This document shows, in pieces, positions 36,849 to 46,953 of a stretch of 58,714 nucleotides of DNA. The position numbers were made by a program, and so were the translations under genes. Position 1 is the stretch's first letter. Every line of letters begins with the position of its first letter. The stretch comes from a virus (taxonomy: Duplodnaviria > Caudoviricetes). A model generated the notes under the pieces. It made no database searches and was not told where the DNA came from. It was given only the letters and a program-made list of their open reading frames with translations. The stretch is from IMG/VR virus record IMGVR_UViG_3300043399_000459, positions 1 to 58,714 of that record; one strand, written 5' to 3'.

Positions 36849-38254
36849 TGGCTGACATCTCCTCTTTCCTCAGCGAGGGTCAGGAAATACCGGCAGGCTC
36901 CGCCTTCAAGGCGCTGCAGAGCCAGACGGTGCTCCCCGAGTGGTACACCAACTACGGCATGCAACTCCTGTCGAATCAGCAGGCGCTGATGAACCAGCCG
37001 TACCAGTCCTACGCGGGTCCGCGCGTGGCCGAGTTCTCGCCGACGCAGCAGCAGGCCTTCGGCGCAACTCAGCAGGCCGCCAACGCCTACCAGCCCGCCC
37101 TCGGGCAGGCCACGTCCGCCGCGCAAGGCCTTCTCGGCGCGAATGCCCTCGGGCAGGCGCAGCCCTACTTCAGCCAAGCGGCGGGCATCAACGCCCCCAG
37201 CGCGGCGTCACCCTACCTCAGCCAATCGGCTGGCATGAACAGCGTGGGCGCCGCAACGCCCGCGCTCCAGCAGGGTGCGCAAATGTCTGCGCAGAGCGCG
37301 AACGCCCTCGGCATGCAGGCAGCCCAGCCCTATCTCAGCGCCGCAGGCCAGACGAGTGTGGCCAACATCGGCCAGTACATGAACCCCTACACCGAGCAGG
37401 TCGTCAACCGCATCGGCCAGCTTGGCGCGCGCAACCTGTCCGAGAACCTGATGCCCGCCATCGAGGGCCGCTACATCGCGTCAGGCCAACTTGGCTACGG
37501 CACGAGGCAGCCCGGCGGGAGCACGCCCTCGGGCATGATGACCGACACGGCGCGCGCACTGCGCGACACGCAGGAGGCGACCCTCGCGCAGCAGGCAGAG
37601 GCGCTCCGGCAGGGCTACGGCGAGGCCGCGACGCTGTCGGGTACGGACCTCGCACGGCAGGCGCAACTCGGCCAGTTCGCAGGCCAGCTTGGCATGGAGC
37701 AGCAGGGCGCTCTGGCGCGGGCGGGTCAGCAACTGGCCAACATCGGCCAGACCTACGGCACGCTCACCGCCGACCAGCAGCGGACACTCGCCGACATCGG
37801 CCAGACCTACGGCAACCTCACGGCACAGCAGCAGCAGGCCCTCGCCAACATCGGCGGCCAGATCGGCAACATCGGGGCCAACGACATCCAGAACCGCCTC
37901 GCCGCGTCGCAGCAGCTTGGCAACTTGGCCGAGTCCGCGCAGACGCTCGGCCTGCAGGGCGCGGGCGCCCTCAACGCCATCGGCACTCAGCAGCAGCAGC
38001 AGGCGCAGGCCAACCTCGACACGGCCTATCAGGACTACCTGCGGCAGCAGGCCTACAACCAGCAGCAGATTGACGCGGCCGCCAAGACGCTTCAGGGCGT
38101 CGCGCCAGCCGTGCCGACCGGCACGCAGGAATACGGCATCGTGCCATCCGGCCAGCCGGCGGAGTATAAGCCCGGCACGGCGGCGACGATCGCGGGTGCG
38201 CTGTCCGGCGCGGGCAGCCTGATAAGCAGCCTCGGCAAGACGTTTAAGCTGTAG
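36848..38254 (+). CDS. Internal virion / ejection protein (Gln/Ala/Gly-rich)
   Basis: YAGPRVA.F, YMNPY..QV motifs. Confidence 0.75.
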   Translation: MADISSFLSEGQEIPAGSAFKALQSQTVLPEWYTNYGMQLLSNQQALMNQPYQSYAGPRVAEFSPTQQQAFGATQQAANAYQPALGQATSAAQGLLGANALGQAQPYFSQAAGINAPSAASPYLSQSAGMNSVGAATPALQQGAQMSAQSANALGMQAAQPYLSAAGQTSVANIGQYMNPYTEQVVNRIGQLGARNLSENLMPAIEGRYIASGQLGYGTRQPGGSTPSGMMTDTARALRDTQEATLAQQAEALRQGYGEAATLSGTDLARQAQLGQFAGQLGMEQQGALARAGQQLANIGQTYGTLTADQQRTLADIGQTYGNLTAQQQQALANIGGQIGNIGANDIQNRLAASQQLGNLAESAQTLGLQGAGALNAIGTQQQQQAQANLDTAYQDYLRQQAYNQQQIDAAAKTLQGVAPAVPTGTQEYGIVPSGQPAEYKPGTAATIAGALSGAGSLISSLGKTFKL

Positions 38255-38263
38255 GGTGATAGC

Positions 38264-39313
38264 ATGAGCGAGTACCTCGCCTACCTCGCGAAGATGGCGG
38301 AACAATACGGCGTCCCACTCGAGGAGGCGCGCGCCCTGTACGAGTTGGAGAGCAGCAGCGGGCAGAATGTCCGCGACTCGTCGGCGGGCGCGATCGGCCA
38401 CATGCAACTCATGCCCGGCACCGCGCGCGAGCTTGGCGTCGACCCGCGCGACCCGTATCAGAACATTCGGGGCGGCGTGCAGTACTACGCCCAGCAGCGC
38501 AAGGCGTTCGGAGATCCGGCGCTGGCTGCGGCGGCCTACAACGCAGGTCCGGGCCGCGTGCGCCGCGCCGGGGGCATCCCGCGCATCGCCGAGACACAGA
38601 ACTACGTGCGCCGCTTTCGTGACATGCTCGGGATGGCGCAGGCCGCGCCATCTGCTATACCTCCGGCACAGGATCAAGGAACCACGCCCATGCAGCCACA
38701 GACTGGCGGCCTCTCAAGCATAGCAGGCAGCGAGCCGGACGACCCACGCGGCGAGTATTTCCGCCTGATGCAGGAGGCTGCGGCGCTGCCGGGTGAATAC
38801 GAGCAGCAGCGCAAGGCGCAGTTCGAAGCTGCGCAGAAGCGCATCGAGCAGATGTACTCCGGCCCCTCGCGCGCCGCGACGCTCGCCGCGCTGTCACAGG
38901 CCTTCCTCTCCCCGCGCCGCTACAAGGGCTTCGGCGGAACCATGCTCAACGTCTCGCAAGCGCTTGGTGGTGTCGCAGAGCGGCGCGACGAGGCGGCGCG
39001 CAACCGTCAGGAGGCCATGGCGGCGCTTGAGTCCAGTTACGGCAAGGGCAGCCTCGACGCCAAGAGCAGTTCGCTCAAGGCGCGTATGGACATGCTCAAG
39101 GCCAAGATGGATCTCGAAGCAGAGCAGGCCAAGGCTGGCAGACCCTCGTACCAACTCAGCCCGACAACCGGCGAAGTTGTCGAGGTGCCCAAGCAGGCGG
39201 AGCGCCCGCGCACCAAAGCCGAGTACGACGCGCTCCCGATTGGCACATACTACGTCGTGCCCGCCGGCCCGAAGATGGGCAAAGTCATCATGAAGACCGC
39301 CACTGGCGGCTGA
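38264..39313 (+). CDS. Virion lytic transglycosylase (SLT) fusion
   Basis: LESS...GAIGHMQLMPGTA...AYNAGPG...ETQNYV. Confidence 0.88.
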   Translation: MSEYLAYLAKMAEQYGVPLEEARALYELESSSGQNVRDSSAGAIGHMQLMPGTARELGVDPRDPYQNIRGGVQYYAQQRKAFGDPALAAAAYNAGPGRVRRAGGIPRIAETQNYVRRFRDMLGMAQAAPSAIPPAQDQGTTPMQPQTGGLSSIAGSEPDDPRGEYFRLMQEAAALPGEYEQQRKAQFEAAQKRIEQMYSGPSRAATLAALSQAFLSPRRYKGFGGTMLNVSQALGGVAERRDEAARNRQEAMAALESSYGKGSLDAKSSSLKARMDMLKAKMDLEAEQAKAGRPSYQLSPTTGEVVEVPKQAERPRTKAEYDALPIGTYYVVPAGPKMGKVIMKTATGG

Positions 39314-39323
39314 AAGGTTAAGC

Positions 39324-42239
39324 ATGGCCAAGCAGGACGAGTGGTGGGCGGGTGACGTAGCCGCGGCAGGCGGCCCCACCCCAGAGAGTCGCAAGACTGA
39401 GGCGACCATCGGCTCTTCTGAGGCGTCTGCCCGCTCCTCGGGCGTCAGCGCCGCGACCGGCGAGGCTCGGCTGCCTTACGTCGCGCCGCGCGAGCAGGCC
39501 GAACTGCAGGCCACGCTTCTGCGCAACATTCAGCTTCAGCAGGACTTGCTGCGCAGCACTAAGGGCGAGCGCCTCGGCAAGGACGAACGTAGCGACCTTG
39601 AGACGCTGGTCTCCGGTTTCGAGAACGTCACTACTCTGCTGCGCCGCTTCAGGGATGACTATACCGGCGCGGGCCTCGGCTTCCCGACACAAATTGAGAG
39701 CGCCATTCAGAAGCGCGCCTCGGGCTTTGGGACGCCCGGTCAGGCGAGTTGGTGGCAGAGCGCCAACGTACTCGACATGATTGAGCGCAACCGCTTCTTT
39801 GGCGCGTCGCTGACCGAAGGCGAGAAGGCTGCGTGGCAGGCGACCACCATCACCCCAGCAATGGACCCCGCAAGCATTCGCGAAAACCTGCGCCGACGTC
39901 AGGAGATCGTCGAGAAGGCCCTCGGCCGCTCCGTCGCCACCCTGCGCGCTGGCGGCTATCGTCCGGCTCAAATAGAGGCGGCGCTGGGCGGCGTCGCGCC
40001 GATGTTCACGCCGAAGAAGATCGTTGATCGCCAGAAGTTCTTCGCCAGCGAGGCGGGTACGCCCGCAGAAGGCGGCGGCGGTGAAGCGCCTCCGCCCGAG
40101 GGTGCGCAGGTCGGCGGCGAGCCGATCAAGGGCTTTCGCTTCAGCGCTGGCAGCGAGGCTGACATCGTCAAGTACACCCGCAGCCCCGAATTTACGCCGG
40201 AAGGATACGGCGAACTGGTCGCGCGCAAGGCCCTCGAGGAAGGCCAGATCCAACCCGAGCAGGCGGCGGACTACGCGGCGCGCACTGCGGCCGCCGCTGC
40301 CGAGCGCTACAGCGGCCTGACACCTGAAGAGCGCAGCCGCGTCCCGGGCGCGATCGACTACTCGGCGATTGACGAGGCGGCGCAAGAGAACGCAGGCCTC
40401 GGCGCTATCGCCATGCAGGCGCTGACAAACGCGCCTGAGAGCGCCGTGCAGTTGGCGCAGGGCCTTACTGCGCTGCCGGTGGACGCCGTGCGCAGCGTGC
40501 TTGAGGGGCAGCGCACAGGCTCCATCAAGACGTTGACCGACCTCGCCGGAGAGCTTGTCGCGCAGGCTGGCGGCGACCCGCAAGGCCCGACAACGCAGGC
40601 CGTCGTGGCGGCCATGAAGGAGCGCTACGAAGATCCGCTTCTAACCTTCTCGACTGACCCGCTCGGCATGCTGGGTGACCTGTCGGTCGTGCTGACCGCT
40701 GGCGGCACTGCCGGCGCTCGGCTCCCCGGCGCTGTCGGCAGTGCGGCGCAGAAGGTGGCCACCGCTGGCCGCGTCATCGACCCGCTGTCCGCCGTCGCCG
40801 CTGTGCCCGAGGCCTACCGCGCCGTTGGCGCGGCGGCCCCCAAGGCGATGGACACCATCACCAACGCACCCGGAGCGGCGACCAAGTTCGCCCTCGGACT
40901 GACGACCGGCGTGCCGGGCGGCGAGGGCTACGGGCGTGCCTTCCAAGTCGGCCGCGAGCGCGGCCAAGCTGGCGCGCCGACCGCGCGCGAGCAGAGTTTT
41001 GTCGAGCAGATGCGCGGCGGTGCGCCTGATGAAGTCATCGCGCAGGCCGAGAGCGCCGTGCGCAACATGCAGGAGCAGGCGTCGCAGGCCTACAAGTCGG
41101 GCATGGTCGACGTCAGTGGAGACGCCACGGTGCTGGACTTCGGTGGCATCGACAAGACACTCGACAACTTGCGCGACCGCGCCTTCTACAAGGGGCAGGT
41201 TCGCGACGCGCGCTCAGCCGCTGTGTATGAGAAGATCAAGGGCGTCGTCGACGAGTGGAAGACCCTCGACCCGGCCCAGTACCACACGCCCGAAGGTATG
41301 GACGCGCTCAAGCAGCGCATCGGCGACGTGGCGGATGACATGGCCGTCGCCAACGACCGCAAGGCGTCGAGCATCGCCACGGGCGTCTACCGCTCTGTGC
41401 GGCAGGAGATTGCCAAGCAGGTGCCGTCCTACGACCGCACCATGAAGGACTACGAGAAGGCGGCCGACACGCTGCGCGACATTCGCCGCACGTTCAGCCT
41501 CAATCCGACAGCCTCCGTCGACACTCAGCTTCGCAAGCTACAGTCGGTCATGCGAAATAACGCCAACACGAACTATGGCTATCGGCAGGAACTTGCCGAC
41601 CTCATGGAGCGGCAGGGTGGTGCGAACCTGATGGACAGCCTGTCGGCCCAGAGCATAAGCTCCTTCCAGCCGCGAGGCCTCGCGTCGATCCCCGCCACCG
41701 GCCTCGGCCTGAGCGGCATCGGCGGCGTCGCCACGGCGACCATGCAGAACGCGCCGGGCTTCTTCGATCCGACGTCGCTGGCTCTGCTGCCACTCACCTC
41801 ACCTCGGGCAGTGGGCGAGGCGTCTTACTATGCCGGGCGCGGCGTTGGCGCAGCCGAACGCGCCGGAGCCGCAATGGCAGACATCGCGCGACCCGTTACT
41901 GACCGGCTGGCGGATCTCTACCAGCGCTATCCGGCTGCGACGTTGGCGACGGCGCAACTCGGCTCGCGCACGCAGGATGTCGAGAACCAGTTCCTTGCCG
42001 ATGCCGCCCAGCGCTACGCTCAGACGCCGACACCTGTCGCCGAGGCACCAGTAGCCGAGCAGCCTGTCTGGCAGTCTCCCGAGACGCCGTCGCTGCCCGA
42101 GGGTAGCAGCGTCGTCAACGTCGACGGCGTAGACATCGCGTTGCCGCCCGGCACGACGTACGACCCCGAGACCCGCGAGATCGTCGGACCCGGCGGCGTC
42201 CGCATCCCGCTAAGCGCGCTGGCAGGAGGGCAACAGTAA
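39324..42239 (+). CDS. Large internal virion / ejection protein
   Basis: 971-aa Ala-rich ORF in the ejection module. Confidence 0.75.
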   Translation: MAKQDEWWAGDVAAAGGPTPESRKTEATIGSSEASARSSGVSAATGEARLPYVAPREQAELQATLLRNIQLQQDLLRSTKGERLGKDERSDLETLVSGFENVTTLLRRFRDDYTGAGLGFPTQIESAIQKRASGFGTPGQASWWQSANVLDMIERNRFFGASLTEGEKAAWQATTITPAMDPASIRENLRRRQEIVEKALGRSVATLRAGGYRPAQIEAALGGVAPMFTPKKIVDRQKFFASEAGTPAEGGGGEAPPPEGAQVGGEPIKGFRFSAGSEADIVKYTRSPEFTPEGYGELVARKALEEGQIQPEQAADYAARTAAAAAERYSGLTPEERSRVPGAIDYSAIDEAAQENAGLGAIAMQALTNAPESAVQLAQGLTALPVDAVRSVLEGQRTGSIKTLTDLAGELVAQAGGDPQGPTTQAVVAAMKERYEDPLLTFSTDPLGMLGDLSVVLTAGGTAGARLPGAVGSAAQKVATAGRVIDPLSAVAAVPEAYRAVGAAAPKAMDTITNAPGAATKFALGLTTGVPGGEGYGRAFQVGRERGQAGAPTAREQSFVEQMRGGAPDEVIAQAESAVRNMQEQASQAYKSGMVDVSGDATVLDFGGIDKTLDNLRDRAFYKGQVRDARSAAVYEKIKGVVDEWKTLDPAQYHTPEGMDALKQRIGDVADDMAVANDRKASSIATGVYRSVRQEIAKQVPSYDRTMKDYEKAADTLRDIRRTFSLNPTASVDTQLRKLQSVMRNNANTNYGYRQELADLMERQGGANLMDSLSAQSISSFQPRGLASIPATGLGLSGIGGVATATMQNAPGFFDPTSLALLPLTSPRAVGEASYYAGRGVGAAERAGAAMADIARPVTDRLADLYQRYPAATLATAQLGSRTQDVENQFLADAAQRYAQTPTPVAEAPVAEQPVWQSPETPSLPEGSSVVNVDGVDIALPPGTTYDPETREIVGPGGVRIPLSALAGGQQ

Positions 42240-42240
42240 C

Positions 42241-44208
42241 ATGGCAACCCGCAAGTCTTCGGCCGCAAGCACCCTGTCGCTCGGCGCAAAGAACAGAGAT
42301 CCGTACGGCACCGTGAACCCGCTGTGGCGCGTCCCCGTCCGCACAAAGGTGCCTGAGACGCGGCGCGAGACACCCAAGCGCGACTTCAGCGTCAACGTCC
42401 GGCGCGGGGAGGCACCCGACGCCGTGAAGCGCGCCCTGCAAGAGCGGTTCGGGCTTGAGCCTGGCATCGACCGCTCGGCGTTGCTGCCCCTCGCGCGGAA
42501 CCCTGACACTGGCGAGATTGAGCTGACCGCGCCGCAACTTCTCTACGACGCCGCGCGGGCCTTGGCGGCACCCAGCGTCATCCTCAGCGGCCAGCCCGTC
42601 GATCTCGAGAGCGAGGCGCAGAACCTCGCGCTGAACTTTAGTGGCGCCGGCTTAGGCGCTGGCGCACTGGCCCCGCTTGAAGGCGCGGCGCTGGGCATGG
42701 CCGGGGGTGTATCCGCTCGCAAGTTGGGCGTCATAGCCTCCGAATATAGCCCAGACATCGCACGCCGCCTTGACGGCCTGCTCGAACCTGACGCGCCGCT
42801 TGCCGTGTGGCGCGATGCCGCCGACCGTCTGGCGGGTTCTGCCAAGTCGAACGTGCCGCCAGCGCCTAAGGCTCCCGCCAAAGCTCTGGCCAAGAAAGCG
42901 GCCAAGAAACCTGCGCCGCCCAAGCCCGCCGCACCTGCGATCATCAGCAGCCGCTCTGGCACACCGCAGGCGGTGGCGAAGGACGTGCTGCGCGAGGCAA
43001 GCAAGCCCAGTAAAGGCAGCCCCTCCTACGCCGATTGGCGCGCCAAGAACACGGATACCGGGAAGCTGTTCGACCTCAGCAATCTCTCGGCAGTCCCCAA
43101 CGTCCCGCAGTTCCAGATTCAGCGCGTAAACCCGGCGCGGGGTCCGTCAGAGCGTATTGTTGACGTGCTCGCGAACCCTGAAGTCGAGCAAGGCATCAAC
43201 GAGACCGTTCAGCGCGGCATCGAGGGCGGCGGCAAGGAATGGTACAACACGGATCCGATGCTGCAGCGCATGCAGGGCGTTGTTCCGGCCAGCCAAGTCG
43301 GCAGCACCTACGCGCGGCTGATGGACCTGATGGCAGCGACCAGCCCCCGCGCTCGCGTGCCGGACAATGTCCGCACCGGCACCTACTACAACTATCTTCT
43401 CTCGCAGGGCATGCCAGTTCCGTCCTCGCCATCGGGCGGCTACGGTTCGATTGCCCAGAAGCTGCACCGCGACAATGTGCTCGGCCTGCAGCAGAGGGGC
43501 GGCTGGGACATTTTCAAGAACCCCAAGCCCGCTAGCTTCTCAAGCAACCTGCAAGGCAATCAGCAAGTCGCGACGATCGACACGCACAACTTCCGGCTCC
43601 CCGGCATTCTGTCGGCCGATCCCCGCTTCCTTGAGACCTCAATCGCCGAGCTTGCCAAGACACCGGAAAGCGCTTTCGAGACGCTCAAGCGGCAGTATCC
43701 CGGCCTGCTGGATGACATCGCGATGTCTGCGATCAAGACGAAGCCCGGCAAGGTGAACAAGAAGGGTGAGATCGGCGAGGATGTGACTTCCATCACGTAC
43801 CGGCCGCAAGAGTGGGTGGCGGAAGGTTACATTCCGATGGAGGATGCGGTCAACGATCCGGCGCTGTGGGCCTCCAAGCCGCGCGACAACGAATACCAGT
43901 ACTACGAGCAGTGGCAGCAGGACCAAGCACGTAAGCTCGGCATCTCGCCGGCCCAGTACCAAGCTTCGATGTGGCTGGGCGGCGGCGAAGCCACCGGCCT
44001 AGGTTCGGCTGCGGAGCCGTTCATAGGCACGGTCGAGGCGCGCGTCCGTTACACCGCCGATCGCCTCGGCATGGACCCCGAGACCGTACTTGAGATGATG
44101 CTCAAGGGCGAGATCCCGCTTTTGGCGAAGGGCGGCGCGGTCGACGCGAAGCGGTTTGCGGTGAAGCGGAAGGCTCGCAAGGCGAAGAAGGCACAAAGAC
44201 GGGGATAG
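42241..44208 (+). CDS. Internal virion protein with a possible HhH-GPD/DUF7178-like domain
   Basis: WY...AATSPR...K..SF..NL.G...TIDTH...PAQYQASMW pattern. Confidence 0.6.
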   Translation: MATRKSSAASTLSLGAKNRDPYGTVNPLWRVPVRTKVPETRRETPKRDFSVNVRRGEAPDAVKRALQERFGLEPGIDRSALLPLARNPDTGEIELTAPQLLYDAARALAAPSVILSGQPVDLESEAQNLALNFSGAGLGAGALAPLEGAALGMAGGVSARKLGVIASEYSPDIARRLDGLLEPDAPLAVWRDAADRLAGSAKSNVPPAPKAPAKALAKKAAKKPAPPKPAAPAIISSRSGTPQAVAKDVLREASKPSKGSPSYADWRAKNTDTGKLFDLSNLSAVPNVPQFQIQRVNPARGPSERIVDVLANPEVEQGINETVQRGIEGGGKEWYNTDPMLQRMQGVVPASQVGSTYARLMDLMAATSPRARVPDNVRTGTYYNYLLSQGMPVPSSPSGGYGSIAQKLHRDNVLGLQQRGGWDIFKNPKPASFSSNLQGNQQVATIDTHNFRLPGILSADPRFLETSIAELAKTPESAFETLKRQYPGLLDDIAMSAIKTKPGKVNKKGEIGEDVTSITYRPQEWVAEGYIPMEDAVNDPALWASKPRDNEYQYYEQWQQDQARKLGISPAQYQASMWLGGGEATGLGSAAEPFIGTVEARVRYTADRLGMDPETVLEMMLKGEIPLLAKGGAVDAKRFAVKRKARKAKKAQRRG

Positions 44209-44247
44209 GCATCTGCTCCGCGTCTTTCCACGGGCCGGTGCGTGTCG

Positions 44248-44613
44248 TCATCGCCCCGCTCCCTTCGCCTCGGCCATAAGCGCTAGATAGGCGATAGCAT
44301 CTTCCGCGCTATCGCCATGGTAGGCGCTGCGCGTGAACAGCCGCACCTGCTTGAGCAGCGCCATGAGCAGCCAGCCCTCGCTCTCGCTCAGGTCGCGCCC
44401 GGTCACGGCGTTGAACGCCGTCACGGTCTTGCCCATGGACCTCTCGCCCTCTGGTTCGTCGTAGGTCGACGCGCGGTCGTGCATGTGCATGGCGGCGCGG
44501 CCAAGCAACTCAGGTGCCAGCGGATCCGGCAGCGTTTGCTGCGGCGTCTCCAGCGTGACGCTCTCCTCCAGCACGTGCTCGTTCGGCTCGGTGTCGCAGG
44601 GCAGGTCGTTCAT
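44248..44613 (-). CDS. DUF6378-like protein
   Basis: R...YD...MALLK.VR...H.DS.ED.IAY. Confidence 0.7.
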   Translation of the reverse strand: MNDLPCDTEPNEHVLEESVTLETPQQTLPDPLAPELLGRAAMHMHDRASTYDEPEGERSMGKTVTAFNAVTGRDLSESEGWLLMALLKQVRLFTRSAYHGDSAEDAIAYLALMAEAKGAGR

Positions 44614-45980
44614 CGTTTCGCTCCTTTGCGTTGCATCGCCTCTAGCAGGACGTCCTGAACCGACCGCTTCGACGCGAGCCGCTCCATGACAACCTCGTCC
44701 ATCGTGTCCTTGGCGAGTATGGGGTAGATGAGGCAGGGCCGGTCGAAGCCGGCCTGCTTCTGTCGGGCTGGGCCGATGCGCTCGATGACCTGCATGTAGT
44801 CCTCAAGCGACCAGTTCACTCCGAAAAGCGCCATGATGTTACCGCCATATTGGAGGTTTAATCCGTGTGCGGCGCTTTTAGGATGAAGGAAAAGTAATGG
44901 TATCTTCCCGTCGTTCCACTCTTTAACCGTATCAGCGTTACTGTCCAACACCCGAGCTTTAGGGTAGCGACGCCGTAGCCGCTCGAGGTCGTGCCTGAAC
45001 TGGTACGCCACGAGAACAGGCGCGCCATTCGCCTCTTCGATGATGCTATCCAGCGCATCCAACTTTGCCCCATGCACTTCCTCCCAATTGCCTTGATCAT
45101 CCGTATAGATAGCCCCGTTGGCGATCTCCAAGCACCTCTGCGTCTTGACCGCCGCGTTCGCCGCCTCGACCCCCGTCTCCTCCAGCTCCGCGAACATGTG
45201 GGCCTCCATGCTGTCGTAGACGTGGCGCACGGAGGGGATGAGGCGGACGTAGACCGGGTTGACGATCGGCTCGTCTACGTCGAGGCCCTTCACAGTCAGG
45301 CAGATGTCCTTGAGCTTCTCCTGTATCTCCACCTGCGCGTGCTCCATGGGCTGCAGGCTGTAGCCGTCATAGCCCTTGCGGAACCAGCGCATCTCGAAGG
45401 CGCTGAACGTGCGGCCCAGCCGCTCGCCTTGGTCGAGGAAAAAGGTCTGCCCCCAGAGATCCTTCAGGCCGTTCGGCGCGGGCGTGCCGGTCAGTCCGAT
45501 GAAGCGGCGGACGCGCGTGTGCGCGACCTCGGCCAGCGCCTTGGCGCGGCTGCCACCCTGCCTGATGCGGAAGGATTTCAAACGCGGTAATTCGTCAGCC
45601 ACCACGGTCTTGAACGGCCACGCGTCGCCGTAGAACGATCGCAGCCAGCCGAGGTTCTCGTAGTTCGTGCAGTAGATGTCCGCATCCGCGGCAGCCGCCC
45701 GGTCGCGCTGCTTCGGCGTGCCTGCGATGACGCTGACGCGCAGGTGGCTGAGGTGCTGCCAGCGCTTGACCTCCTCGGGCCACGTCGACCGGGCGACGCG
45801 CAGCGGTGCCAGCACAAGCGCCGGGTAGACGTCGTCGACCAGCGAGAGTTGGTCAAGGGCCGTCAGCGTCGAGACGGTCTTCCCGCCGCCCATTGGCGCC
45901 CACACGGCGCAGCGCTTGTTCTGGCATATGAAGTCAATGACGTCTTCTTGGTACGGATGCGGCTTGAAGGTCTGCGTCAC
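44610..45980 (-). CDS. SNF2-family helicase
   Basis: HPYQ, MGGGKT, VADE, LTGTP, HGLNLQ, ERIG.RQ. Confidence 0.92.
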   Translation of the reverse strand: MTQTFKPHPYQEDVIDFICQNKRCAVWAPMGGGKTVSTLTALDQLSLVDDVYPALVLAPLRVARSTWPEEVKRWQHLSHLRVSVIAGTPKQRDRAAAADADIYCTNYENLGWLRSFYGDAWPFKTVVADELPRLKSFRIRQGGSRAKALAEVAHTRVRRFIGLTGTPAPNGLKDLWGQTFFLDQGERLGRTFSAFEMRWFRKGYDGYSLQPMEHAQVEIQEKLKDICLTVKGLDVDEPIVNPVYVRLIPSVRHVYDSMEAHMFAELEETGVEAANAAVKTQRCLEIANGAIYTDDQGNWEEVHGAKLDALDSIIEEANGAPVLVAYQFRHDLERLRRRYPKARVLDSNADTVKEWNDGKIPLLFLHPKSAAHGLNLQYGGNIMALFGVNWSLEDYMQVIERIGPARQKQAGFDRPCLIYPILAKDTMDEVVMERLASKRSVQDVLLEAMQRKGAKR

Positions 45981-46156
45981 TTGCAGTCCTCACAGAAGTG
46001 CATCCACTCGCCCACCTCGAGGCGCGCCACGCCGCCCCTGTCCTTGTACTCGTCGAGCGCGTCGTGGAAGTCGAGGCCGTCAGCCTCGAACATCTCGCCA
46101 CACCCGTCGCACTCAAAGGTGATGGTCCGGTCGGCGTAGTTCTTGCGGAAGCCCAT
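45977..46156 (-). CDS. 59-aa zinc-ribbon protein
   Basis: CDGC...HFCEDC; hand-translated. Confidence 0.7.
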   Translation of the reverse strand: MGFRKNYADRTITFECDGCGEMFEADGLDFHDALDEYKDRGGVARLEVGEWMHFCEDCK

Positions 46157-46160
46157 GCTC

Positions 46161-46313
46161 TTATCCTTTCACGATCGTGATCTTGCCCTGCATCTCCATC
46201 GTCGTGAGCAGCCACGCGCGGTCGCGTGACATGCCACGGTCGATGCGATCTTGCGCGCGGCGGTTAAACTCCGCAACCGCCGCGAGCGCCTTGGGGTTGG
46301 GTTCTTGCTCCAT
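46161..46313 (-). CDS. Hypothetical protein
   Basis: GAGGAG RBS before MEQEP. Confidence 0.6.
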   Translation of the reverse strand: MEQEPNPKALAAVAEFNRRAQDRIDRGMSRDRAWLLTTMEMQGKITIVKG

Positions 46314-46314
46314 G

Positions 46315-46473
46315 TCAGTAGCTCCTCGGTGTCGGGTTCTTCTCCCACGACCACTTCTCCATCGCGCCGAGTTCGGCCCAAGGGAGGCGCGGCAGGACGG
46401 TGCCGTCGACGCGCGGGTGATAGAACGGCTTGCGGCGCACGTCCTCTTCGTAGGCAATCTGTCCGGGTGTCAT
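46315..46473 (-). CDS. Hypothetical protein (MTPGQIAYE)
   Basis: First gene after promoter copy 4. Confidence 0.7.
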   Translation of the reverse strand: MTPGQIAYEEDVRRKPFYHPRVDGTVLPRLPWAELGAMEKWSWEKNPTPRSY

Positions 46474-46487
46474 GTGAGGTACTCCGT

Positions 46488-46531
46488 GTTGCTGAGAAGC
46501 CCTAGCTATCGCATTCAACTGCACGTTGCAA
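46488..46531 (-). promoter_or_regulatory. Early promoter/leader motif, copy 4
   Basis: TTGCAA-N17-TAGCTA-GGGCTTCTCAGCAAC. Confidence 0.75.
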
Positions 46532-46534
46532 CCC

Positions 46535-46825
46535 CTATTTCAGGCCGTTGCGCACAATTTCCACGATCGCCTCGATGTCGGACATGTCCCGCGCCGTGAA
46601 GACCGGGATCCCCGCGTTCTGCATCCGCTCGACCTCCCGCTGCTGGAGCTTGCTGTAGCGGTCGTCCCCGGCCTTGATCTCGACGAACGCGGCGGCAGGC
46701 CAGTCCCACCAGATGTAGCAGTCAGGGCAGCCCCGGCGGCCCTCCCAGCGCACCTTGCGGTACTGGCCTCCGCTACCCTGCACCAGCTTCTTGAGGCGGT
46801 CCTGCAGCTTGCCTGCGGGGGTCAT
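46535..46825 (-). CDS. VRR-NUC nuclease
   Basis: GRRGCPD...FVEIKA...SKLQ. Confidence 0.85.
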   Translation of the reverse strand: MTPAGKLQDRLKKLVQGSGGQYRKVRWEGRRGCPDCYIWWDWPAAAFVEIKAGDDRYSKLQQREVERMQNAGIPVFTARDMSDIEAIVEIVRNGLK

Positions 46826-46950
46826 GCAAACGCCCACCGGATCCAAGCCACGCCCTTGGCGATCTCGACCACCAGTACCCACAGGATCAGGATCGCGACC
46901 GCCGCTACGCCAGCACAGCCCGTCAAAGTACTTTTGAGGTCTTCGTCCAT
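46822..46950 (-). CDS. 42-aa membrane peptide
   Basis: Hydrophobic stretch; AAGGA RBS; ATGA overlap. Confidence 0.55.
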   Translation of the reverse strand: MDEDLKSTLTGCAGVAAVAILILWVLVVEIAKGVAWIRWAFA

Positions 46951-46953
46951 TTC

